This document shows, piece by piece, positions 28,201 through 33,597 of a stretch of 33,597 nucleotides of DNA. Each line of letters opens with the position of its first letter. Position 1 is the first letter of the stretch. The notes under the pieces were generated by a model. The model saw nothing but the letters and a program-made list of their open reading frames with translations, ran no database searches and was not told the origin of the DNA. Origin of the DNA: a virus (lineage: Duplodnaviria > Heunggongvirae > Uroviricota > Caudoviricetes); the IMG/VR virus record IMGVR_UViG_3300036453_000040; one strand, 5' to 3'. The translations under genes and the position numbers were made by a program.

Positions 28201-28359
28201 AGCGAGCGGGTAATTGGAATTATCTGCAACTTTTCCTGCGGTTGGGTCTTGTCCATTAGCTGCTACTGCTGATTGCGGTGAAAGAGTAAGCGACGTAACC
28301 ATGATCACAGAAGCTAAAACAAAACTCATTATTGACTTATAGTTCATATTAAAACCCAC
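22270..28359 (-). CDS. Secreted RHS/YD-repeat polymorphic toxin with a NucA/NucB-like DNase tip
   Basis: Sec signal (MNYKSIMSFVLASVIMVTSLTLSPQSAVA); GDPINTVTGEF (DUF6531-like); YD repeats; RFGYAGQYLD..YYMRARWYDP core; PLSYTDPLG cleavage motif; tip NRSESLKGIP..DRDESPPA..SVRYINPSDNR. Confidence 0.9.
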   Translation of the reverse strand: MGFNMNYKSIMSFVLASVIMVTSLTLSPQSAVAANGQDPTAGKVADNSNYPLAEKAEKLENLSLVIKPTGIAPQAEVIVVGNVKSVPSEYPVSIVDSETFEILKTCTVLVDCTFVIDTTAHNKIHAQSAAIRAVSVSTSKNSETTEALPSSKSDKKLAVKSPKVPSSKMPKSYVVDSNQEAPLAEPLADQQSVSMNTGWGIDLQIDNPLFGSDEKTYITADANQDPSSTIYGIYVFDITNNTLSFLQHGSFRAGGEITWRGGDKTRSYQAYVSEWTDTAPTKVEELINIQAESGVVTAEREAWTISLAAINPVFEAANQDVEYEKKPYATFAVNQDYYFSNYSIYMVNDSTGGIFYRSPWGASSLTGLAEVYFRSGDPLNVTAYVAPTDNTASTITALNNIEAVSNTITFTRKAWAMDISIVNPVFEPTYYNSNHDMKPIVTVIPDQETYYSDYETYLIRTDTGSIVRSTNYGNLVVDVDWKAQEKSRTYVAYIARRDTTLSNVSQLTEIQAISSPVTATRKDWTLSVGYTTRKDAYSSYYIATLGFEPNQDITWAGYNYVMHNATDNTWWTIPYYHTSSEIYLPQNTSNYVVAYVGTPKKDENNSIIGVTDIQAMSNTLLVTHGGAVGTDGVPTSELYGGSNPSANCTQACAGDPINTVTGEFWEQNVDVTLTNVGLPLQFVRAYGVLTANKNDNNMGYGWTNNYNMKLRNAEDLSTTNLQDQQSIQITQENGSTVTFVKTPSGEYVAPSRVLASLTYSSLTDSFVMERSGGAKFTFSSINGNVLSQTDAYNNRLLISYDSSNRISKITGDNGKFIELTYSSGNISRVTDSSGYYVGYVYDNNDNLISVEDNQGVLKQYTYDSAHKVLTMVGATGETTFNVYYGNKLIKQTDPEGNEIAFEYVINPNSTDGSSTTLITYADGSQVQQSYANFGQLVKEIKGYGSLNPLAWTYVYNSTGNITAVYQPDGSSRSLYYDFAGNLKISIDENGRQLFYSGYNEHGAPSKSSDAYGNATYMFYNATGALTSVKDAEGHTTVIEPNSNGTIASTLSPLGYKTSYVYDAENNIASAIDDANSLMAFSYDASGNVTQAKDVDGNITSSAYDTRGNVTTVTDENNNVTTTTYDNNSRPIAVKDTLGNISELKYDLNGNLLKSINAEGSATTYIYDNLNQVISVTDSLGSIIEYKYDIYGHMVLSRDALGNETAYEYDWRGNVLKVTSPEGLITRNIYGADGKLKESYDAADNKTSYTYGVTPAANLATVTDAVGNVTSYVYNKNGQLTSVTKPDGTTESWVFDPDGRTTSHTDSASKTATYDYNNINQLIASNIAGVATGYTYNLAGQVSSKIAADSSTTGYAYDNRGQLTNISYSDLLTPAIEYKYDALGRKTSMVDGTGVTTYTYDKLSRLLTETKGSDTTSYAYNALLETSITYPSGEVASYGYDALNRLQSVKSSSLANPIKYSYDKDSRIASTDYGNGVTGVNSYATNGAIGKINYSSASSALLTYAYTYNSLNLVTNKAVTREAITVNDGYEYDSLSRLGNKNAVAAYSFDNSNNILTRDNGTQLTYNALSQITSLADTVDSSTTNYAYDTRGNRVSASLDLASTTTSDNTYGYNLANQLVEAQLAANPPPENTVEAGIATDLTYSYDGNGLLSGKTKVNGSTGSSDSYVWNTNTSIAQLLEDDKYNYIYGLGSTPLAQVDKTTSNVEYLHGDSIGSVSLVTDSVGLEVAQYTYDDYGVQTAGELGHVTTRFGYAGQYLDEDTGYYYMRARWYDPVTAQFITVDPALAKTNLPYGYTVGNPLSYTDPLGLSSETLAFLNGAAGFMNGMSGGLYEAYLGAVAPGVIDICSSVYQVGNVAGSVAGLVVPGAAGVKIAGLIVKASAGLFKTAKVAGKAKFPTILNAMLSKRETVYIHGKTKTKINANIYAQFNSQQARFGEAALHNGDALQGKKILVQRLSSADASINRSESLKGIPTKKGFDRDESPPASISAGGVGASVRYINPSDNRRHGRALLQFYTDNQIKVGDWFIYK
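26490..27765 (-). repeat. Four tandem ~105-aa beta-rich repeats in the RHS N-terminal region (boundaries approximate)
   Basis: Units start WGIDLQIDNPLF / WTISLAAINPVF / WAMDISIVNPVF / WTLSVGY and end IQAESG / IEAVSN / IQAISS / IQAMSN. Confidence 0.75.
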
Positions 28360-28693
28360 CCGTTTAAATTGTCCTACAACTTACATCGGGTGATTCACAG
28401 AATAAAGTTCCTTTTATCTTAAATAAAATTTAGCTAAATACATGGCTGGGAACTATTTTCCCTCAAGTACCATTCATAATGTCCTACCCTGACAGTTGTG
28501 AGCGGCTCAAAGCCGTCATTACGGTAATGAGCAAACCCGCTGTTGATACAAATAAGCAGGTTGATTTCACCTTGTATGAATTACATAATTAGAGGCGAAG
28601 TAGACTCTGCACATAAGATTGATATGACACTAGTTTTTATCTTGGATTAAGAGTATCAAAGTACTAACAAAGTCGCAGTAATTTTTAGCGGCT

Positions 28694-28743
28694 AACACAA
28701 AAACTCCTAAGCGACTAATTACGCGCTTAGGAGTTTTTGTGTT
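28694..28743 (-). terminator. Terminator-like hairpin, 20-bp stem
   Basis: aacacaaaaactcctaagcg / cgcttaggagtttttgtgtt, immediately after the J-protein stop. Confidence 0.8.
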
Positions 28744-29739
28744 CTAAATTGGAAATTGTTCCGTACGAGTTTTCCAGATCAACTTCGAAGCCATTAGCTT
28801 GCTTATAAACACAGCTACCGAAATTATGGCGAAAATGCTTATAAAACTGCCAAATGAACTCGCGCCATTAAATGAAAATAAAATCTGAACAAAACTTAAA
28901 ATACTTCCTAACCCAAACCATAAACCCATAAATGAGTTACGAAATTTTATATCTGCCTTTTTCCATGTTTTCACAGTAGCATAGCCAGCATTCGAGAACT
29001 GAAAAATCGCATATGCAGGACCAAGCTTATCCCACTTCGCTTGTTCTTTCTCTTGAGCGCGTCTCATACGGGCATAATACTCGTTAGCTGATTCAGAATT
29101 AGGATGCCCAGAATGACTATTCGCTTTCTTCCTGCTGTTTGCCTTCCTTTTTTCTTCATTTTCAGCATAAGCAGCGTAGCGTTCTTCTCTATTCCTAGTA
29201 TCTTGCTCTTGTTGCTCTTTAGCGTATTGAGTGGCTCGCCCTTCCCTATCTCTCGTTGAAGTGTTCGCACGCTGACGACGAGCTTGAGCATGAGCTTCAT
29301 CTGTCTTGACCTGTTCACGGGCAGCTTTGCTTGCTTCTTCGTTTACGCGGATTTTCTCCTCGGAAGCCTTAAAGACTTCTTCCTTAAAAAAGTCTCCCTG
29401 AAACCCGTACTTGAAGAAATCCTGAAGAAATTCTTCCGTATAGATTGGTTCACTCTGTTTTGGGGAACTAGTATACGTCTTTGTAGTGGGCTGATATGTA
29501 GCTCCTCTACTACCAGTAGAGTTAGACGCGTTAGCTTTTCTCCGCTGAAGTAGCGAGTCATAGCTTGCCCGCTTATTAGGGTAACCGAGTGTCTCCCATG
29601 CTTCTTGCACTTTGCGGAACACGTCAACGTCTCCACCAAGGTCAGGGTGACTGGAGCGAACAAGTTTACGGTAAGCAGTTTTAAGCTCTTCAGGGGAGGC
29701 TAGGTTACTCACCTTCAACACATCATACAAAGTGCTCAT
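28744..29739 (-). CDS. J-domain (DnaJ type III) protein with C-terminal TM helices
   Basis: LYDVLKV...LKTAYRKL...HPDLGGD; charged linker; two hydrophobic C-terminal helices. Confidence 0.88.
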   Translation of the reverse strand: MSTLYDVLKVSNLASPEELKTAYRKLVRSSHPDLGGDVDVFRKVQEAWETLGYPNKRASYDSLLQRRKANASNSTGSRGATYQPTTKTYTSSPKQSEPIYTEEFLQDFFKYGFQGDFFKEEVFKASEEKIRVNEEASKAAREQVKTDEAHAQARRQRANTSTRDREGRATQYAKEQQEQDTRNREERYAAYAENEEKRKANSRKKANSHSGHPNSESANEYYARMRRAQEKEQAKWDKLGPAYAIFQFSNAGYATVKTWKKADIKFRNSFMGLWFGLGSILSFVQILFSFNGASSFGSFISIFAIISVAVFISKLMASKLIWKTRTEQFPI

Positions 29740-29776
29740 GCTAGTCCGTCCCTAATCATTTTTCTCTCGTACCCTG

Positions 29777-29805
29777 ATTATATCATGAAAAAACACCATT
29801 CGCAA
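29777..29805 (-). promoter_or_regulatory. Sigma70/SigA-type promoter
   Basis: TTGCGA-N17-TATAAT with TG on the minus strand. Confidence 0.7.
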
Positions 29806-29870
29806 GCAAGTTAAAATGCGTTGCAACAGCGTTTATATTCTTTATACTTTTTGTAGTTTTTGTAGTTCGC

Positions 29871-30623
29871 TTAAGTTTTGGTCTTCATGTACTCCATTTT
29901 TCTCATTTCCCACACGACTTTACGGCCGAATATAAGACAAGAAATGATTATTGCATCAATGAACAATGCAAAAAATGAAGCAACGATGAAAGCTAGAGTG
30001 AACAAAGAGGACGGTTCCATGTTTATGAAGTTAATAACAAATACAGCAATGTTAATTGGAATAAGGGTAAGGAGAACTGTCTTCAATATGAGGGAATCAG
30101 TTCTTTTCCACTGTTGTACAAGAAAGAATTCAGCAGTGGACGTTCTGAATGCATTATACTTAGCTCCAAGTTTTGACCATTTAGCAGCTATATATTCTTC
30201 CTTGAATGTTGTGTCTTCTTTTGCGAAAGTACCGTTCATTTTCGCCATGTCTTCATGAATCTTGTTTATGAGTCGCGTTTGTTCATCGCGCATTTCTTGC
30301 CATGCTTTTTTATCTTCGAATAGTCCAGCGGGACGATCACGAGCTTCTGTAGCCATGCGAGCTTCTGCATACATGCGTGCTTTTCTTGCAAACTGCGTGT
30401 CATCGTTAGGCGAGGTAGTTGCGCGAGGCGCGTGAGTTTGGTCATAGGCCGCGCGCTTTGTAGGAGTCTCGATAGTCTCCCATGCTTCTTGAACCTTACG
30501 AAACTTTTTTATGTCTCCACCAAGGTCAGGATGATTCTCTCGTACCTTCCGACGATATGCCGTTTTGATCTCTGCATGGCTAGCAGTTGCTGCAACACCT
30601 AGCACCTTATAACAGTTGCTCAC
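29871..30623 (-). CDS. J-domain protein with C-terminal TM helices, paralog of 28744..29739 (start revised to GTG 30623)
   Basis: CYKVLGV...IKTAYRR...HPDLGGD; GAGGAGG RBS before the GTG; shared KW.KLG..Y..F...WK..D segment. Confidence 0.85.
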   Translation of the reverse strand: MSNCYKVLGVAATASHAEIKTAYRRKVRENHPDLGGDIKKFRKVQEAWETIETPTKRAAYDQTHAPRATTSPNDDTQFARKARMYAEARMATEARDRPAGLFEDKKAWQEMRDEQTRLINKIHEDMAKMNGTFAKEDTTFKEEYIAAKWSKLGAKYNAFRTSTAEFFLVQQWKRTDSLILKTVLLTLIPINIAVFVINFINMEPSSLFTLAFIVASFFALFIDAIIISCLIFGRKVVWEMRKMEYMKTKT

Positions 30624-30797
30624 AATCCTCCTCATAAGTTCGTTGTTCAATTTCACTCAAGCGCAATCTTATCACAATTAAACATATATTCGCAAATCAA
30701 AAACAAGAAAGTTTAATGTGAAAATATTAGTCATGCGCTAGCTATTGTCAGTAGCATGTGTTAGAGTTAAGTTATTCACGAAGAGAGGCTGTTCATT

Positions 30798-30947
30798 ATG
30801 ATGCTCGTCAACTCCCGTACCGCTAAAAGCTGCTGCAAGGACTGCGACAGCAACTATGGTCACAGCGATAACTCCAAAGCCAAGAACCAGTTGAAGCGCG
30901 CTGTTCGTCGCCGCGAGAAGCGCAACTGGAAAGCAGACCAGAACTAA
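30798..30947 (+). CDS. 49-aa basic Cys-containing peptide missed by the ORF track (MMLVNSRTAKSCCKDCDSNYGH...KRAVRRREKRNWKADQN)
   Basis: GAGAGG RBS; open frame to TAA at 30945-30947; followed by a hairpin. Confidence 0.7.
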   Translation: MMLVNSRTAKSCCKDCDSNYGHSDNSKAKNQLKRAVRRREKRNWKADQN

Positions 30948-30964
30948 ACATTAAGCACCACCTA

Positions 30965-31004
30965 TAATTGTAGCTCCAACCTAATGAGGTTGGAGCTACA
31001 ATTA
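30965..31004. terminator. 18-bp-stem hairpin with a variant core (GCTCCAAC/GTTGGAGC)
   Basis: taattgtagctccaacct-aatg-aggttggagctacaatta. Confidence 0.75.
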
Positions 31005-31041
31005 GTTTAAGCTCATCTCAGCATTGCACTCTTAACGAAAC

Positions 31042-31057
31042 CGTTATTTATAAGAGT
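31042..31057 (+). promoter_or_regulatory. Candidate promoter motif cGTTAttTATAagagt-ATG
   Basis: GTTA at -15..-12 from the ATG. Confidence 0.5.
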
Positions 31058-32107
31058 ATGAGTACAAAAACCTCCCGCCCATGTCGTGCGAATAATCCTA
31101 AAATATGCCCCCATCACGGGACACCAGTTGAGCTAAATCAAGCAACCGTCTTACAAAGTAAAATTCAAGCTGTTTTAGCTACCCCAGATGAAGTTAACCC
31201 TAGGTTGTTAGCTTCAAGTCAACTCATTGATAATGCTGCTACCTCATCGCTTAAATGGGAAGGTGAACAACCCACATGGTGGGCTGAATACAAGCGAGAT
31301 TCCGAGAATCACGAACTTGTACCTACAACAGCTGAGTTAATCGACATAATTGACTCACCAGAAGGTAAGCTTGCCGTAGTATGGCAGAATGAATCTCAAC
31401 GCGAAATGGATTCAGGTATTTCTTTAGGTAGTGGTTATGGCACTCGTATTTGCTATTTCAAATCAGTCGAAACTGGAAAAACTCTCGGGTTCGTTAACAT
31501 GGCGTATATGGATAAGGACTCTGTAGAGCGCACTTTTGGCAATGACGAAATGACTCCTTATCGCTGGAACAGTCGATACGGTGGGACTAGATACCCGTTT
31601 GAAAGAGAAAATCAAACATATGGAGATCGTGACTTAAAAGATGAGGCCCTCAAGGAACAACGCCGTAAAGTATGGGTTGTAGCTGCGCGTGACGCCCGCC
31701 GCACAATTCGCGATGCTGATGGGGACTACGTAAGTTACTATAATATTAACGAAAGTCATATTCCCGATGATGCTACAGTCGAGAAAGACTTAAAAGAATT
31801 TGCTGCCCCTATTAAAAAAGAAATGCGCAATGCAAAGAACTATTATAGTACTCCCTACGTTGACTACTCAGAGGTGGAGAAACCACTTAAAGGGCAGGGA
31901 TACGGTACAGCTCTTTATGTTTACACGGCGAGAATGTTAGCAAAAGAAGGTAAAGTACTTAGAGGTTCAGGTTTACAATCTGATGACGCGCAAAAAATAT
32001 GGGGACGCTTCAAAGAAAAATTCCCGAATAACGTTTCTTCTATTAATCAAAACTATAAAGGCCAAAAATCACAAGCACCGATTTTCGATTTTAGAGAAAA
32101 AGGATAG
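31058..32107 (+). CDS. C-x7-C-x2-H-tagged protein with a C-terminal GNAT-like domain
   Basis: N-terminus RPCRANNPKICPHHG; C-terminal VDYSEVEKPLKGQGYGTALY...SGLQSDDAQKIWGRF. Confidence 0.7.
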   Translation: MSTKTSRPCRANNPKICPHHGTPVELNQATVLQSKIQAVLATPDEVNPRLLASSQLIDNAATSSLKWEGEQPTWWAEYKRDSENHELVPTTAELIDIIDSPEGKLAVVWQNESQREMDSGISLGSGYGTRICYFKSVETGKTLGFVNMAYMDKDSVERTFGNDEMTPYRWNSRYGGTRYPFERENQTYGDRDLKDEALKEQRRKVWVVAARDARRTIRDADGDYVSYYNINESHIPDDATVEKDLKEFAAPIKKEMRNAKNYYSTPYVDYSEVEKPLKGQGYGTALYVYTARMLAKEGKVLRGSGLQSDDAQKIWGRFKEKFPNNVSSINQNYKGQKSQAPIFDFREKG

Positions 32108-32111
32108 TTTA

Positions 32112-32164
32112 AGGTATAGGTATAGCCCCCAACTAGTTAAAAGTTGGGGGCTATACCTATACCT
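32112..32164. terminator. GCCCCCAACT-core palindrome at a convergent junction, 23-bp stem
   Basis: aggtataggtatagcccccaact-agttaaa-agttgggggctatacctatacct. Confidence 0.85.
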
Positions 32165-32166
32165 GC

Positions 32167-32814
32167 TTATAGTCCGTATGTACGAAGAACCCAGCTGAAA
32201 GGCAGCTCTGCGAGATCAGGCTGACAACGCTGTAACCATAGCTGAATTTCATCCTCACGCTTTCGAGCAATTTCTGCATAGACTTCCCTTGTTGAGTCAC
32301 GCGTACTATATCCAGCTTCAGCAAGTATTAACATAAAGCTGTCAATATTAATAACATGAAGAGAGATAGGAATGAAAATATCAGACATGTCAAAGCCATC
32401 TGTGGTCTCGATGAAATTATTAAAGAGTTCCTCAAAAAGAACCGCATGCTTAGATACAGCAGAGTTATTCAATAGAGAAAAACTCACATTCTTCCCAATT
32501 ACAGTATCCTCACTTTTTAACTTATCGTTTAGCAGGGATATAATAGCAGGTGACAGATTACGATTATGAGCAAGATGCTCTAAACTAAAATCATTTTCTA
32601 AACAAAAGTAGTGGATACCAACATTCTCAGTATTCAGGATTTCGGCTCTTTCAGCAAGCCCCACATAGTTGTTCTGGAAACGAGGAAAAAGCCTCTCAAG
32701 CTCTACGAGTTCTTTTCTTCTTTTTCGACCAAGCTTAAGATCTAGAGGTAGTTTAGTATTTATCCCTTTGAACCTGTTTCCAACCGTCGCGCTCGGCAAA
32801 GCGTACATCGACAT
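32167..32814 (-). CDS. Hypothetical helical protein, paralog of 32887..33597
   Basis: Shared HYFCLE, HLA.N.NLS, NID.FM.IL.EAG and LP.SW.LR motifs; AGGAAAGG RBS. Confidence 0.8.
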   Translation of the reverse strand: MSMYALPSATVGNRFKGINTKLPLDLKLGRKRRKELVELERLFPRFQNNYVGLAERAEILNTENVGIHYFCLENDFSLEHLAHNRNLSPAIISLLNDKLKSEDTVIGKNVSFSLLNNSAVSKHAVLFEELFNNFIETTDGFDMSDIFIPISLHVINIDSFMLILAEAGYSTRDSTREVYAEIARKREDEIQLWLQRCQPDLAELPFSWVLRTYGL

Positions 32815-32886
32815 GGTAACCTTTCCTAAATGTGTTTTCTCTGCCTACTATACCATGAAGCTTCAATAAGCTCAAAAACACCACTT

Positions 32887-33597
32887 TCAAAGTGACGGGA
32901 TGCCATGCGCTCGAAGAAACCAACTTAACGGCAGATCCTTAAATTCAGGAGAAGTCCGTGATACCCATTCAAGAATCTCCGCTTCACGACTTAGCGCAGC
33001 TCTAGCGAAGCGTATTTTCGCAGTATCATACTTACTACAGCCCGCTTCAACTAAAATACTCATGAAAATGTCAATGTTAACTTCTGATAGCGCTTTTCTT
33101 GTAAGAAGTTTGAAGATATCAAAATTAGGGTCCATTTTTCGTAGTGCTTCAAAAGTTAGCGTAAACAGAGTGGGATTACGAATCACGGACCTGTTATCTA
33201 AGAGAGTGAAATATACGTTGCTAGCACGTAACAAATCAGTAATTAACATAGCTTTCTCAAAAAGAAGCATGTAGACATCTTTGGATAAGTTCTGGTTATA
33301 AGCGAGATGTAGCACACCAAGGTCATGCTCTAAGCAGAAATAATGAAGCCCAGCATTATCTGTCGAGTGGATCTCGAACTGCTCAAATAGAAAACCAAGT
33401 TGATCTTGGTTCCCAGCCGAAAGATCCGCAAAAAAGCCCTCAAATGCAAGAAGCTCTCTACGTTGTCTTTGAGTTAGCGTAATACCCAAAGGTGACTTGG
33501 TACTTATGGTTTTAGGTTTAAGGTTCTGCACTTGGCTTTTTGGCGCATAAGCTGTGAACAATTTGACTGCTTCCTCCCTTTCAAACCAAGTATACAC
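32887..33597 (-). CDS. Hypothetical helical protein, paralog of 32167..32814; may be 5'-truncated by the window edge
   Basis: Same shared motifs; the ORF reaches the last base of the window. Confidence 0.75.
   Translation of the reverse strand: MYTWFEREEAVKLFTAYAPKSQVQNLKPKTISTKSPLGITLTQRQRRELLAFEGFFADLSAGNQDQLGFLFEQFEIHSTDNAGLHYFCLEHDLGVLHLAYNQNLSKDVYMLLFEKAMLITDLLRASNVYFTLLDNRSVIRNPTLFTLTFEALRKMDPNFDIFKLLTRKALSEVNIDIFMSILVEAGCSKYDTAKIRFARAALSREAEILEWVSRTSPEFKDLPLSWFLRAHGIPSL

Noticed and set aside
22270-28359. 2029-aa ORF as a tail or tape-measure protein
   Set aside because: The Sec signal peptide, YD repeats, RHS core and DPxG-plus-nuclease tip identify a polymorphic toxin.
30798-30947. 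Counting the CCKDC...H peptide as another tagged effector
   Set aside because: The spacing does not fit C-x7-C-x2-H, there is no cargo domain and there is no GTTA motif directly before its ATG.
5328-32164. Palindromes as integron attC sites (they contain ..CCCAAC / GTTGGG..)
   Set aside because: In attC the RYYYAAC and GTTRRRY boxes are the outer ends of a 57-141 bp imperfect hairpin between co-oriented cassettes. Here AAC/GTT are next to the loop, the stems are near perfect, the genes are convergent and no integrase is present.
5328-32164. Repeated palindromes as a CRISPR array
   Set aside because: The copies are kilobases apart with whole genes between them; there is no repeat-spacer periodicity and no cas gene.
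434-33274. Short or antisense ORFs in the track (e.g. 434..616, 1412..1795, 3492..3881, 11011..11238, 14358..14624, 27355..27726, 29878..30258, 32900..33274)
   Set aside because: They overlap longer, motif-bearing genes on the opposite strand or in another frame and have no recognisable motifs; treated as shadow ORFs.
1-33597. tRNA or rRNA genes
   Set aside because: No cloverleaf with a T-loop or rRNA-like tract seen by eye in the intergenic gaps; the GGTTCGAG at ~14648 is inside a CDS. A tRNAscan-SE run would be decisive.
1-33597. Stop-codon reassignment as in some jumbo phages
   Set aside because: Long, well-formed genes end in TAG (e.g. 258..1250) and TGA (e.g. 13934..15262), and conserved proteins are uninterrupted under code 11.

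Overview
AT-rich, gene-dense window with frequent strand switching, many hypothetical genes and no rRNA, tRNA, ribosomal-protein or core-metabolism genes. The recognisable genes look actinobacterial (clpP1-clpP2, nucS, an AI-2E transporter, Rv2175c-like, DUF732-like, DUF6891-like), and several genes appear leaderless. The best reading is part of a large (jumbo-type) phage or other giant mobile element of an actinobacterial host. This is inference, because no capsid, terminase or portal gene lies in the window. Other cargo includes a 2029-aa Sec-signal RHS toxin with a NucA/NucB-like tip plus putative immunity gene, a soluble FtsK-like ATPase, a radical SAM enzyme and two membrane-anchored J-domain paralogs. 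The main unexplained signal is seven scattered proteins with short Cys/His N-terminal tags: four carry an exact C-x7-C-x2-H, and three carry PY-(x)-H...G..C plus a shared helix. Their bodies are unrelated (ADP-ribosyltransferase, ART-like, GNAT, helical repeat). Five of the seven genes share a non-sigma70 motif, yGTTAnnTAT, 14-15 nt before the ATG. I propose a tag-addressed, co-regulated (possibly virion-packaged) polymorphic effector system. A family of long palindromes with a conserved GCCCCAACT/AGTTGGGGC core marks four convergent gene junctions.
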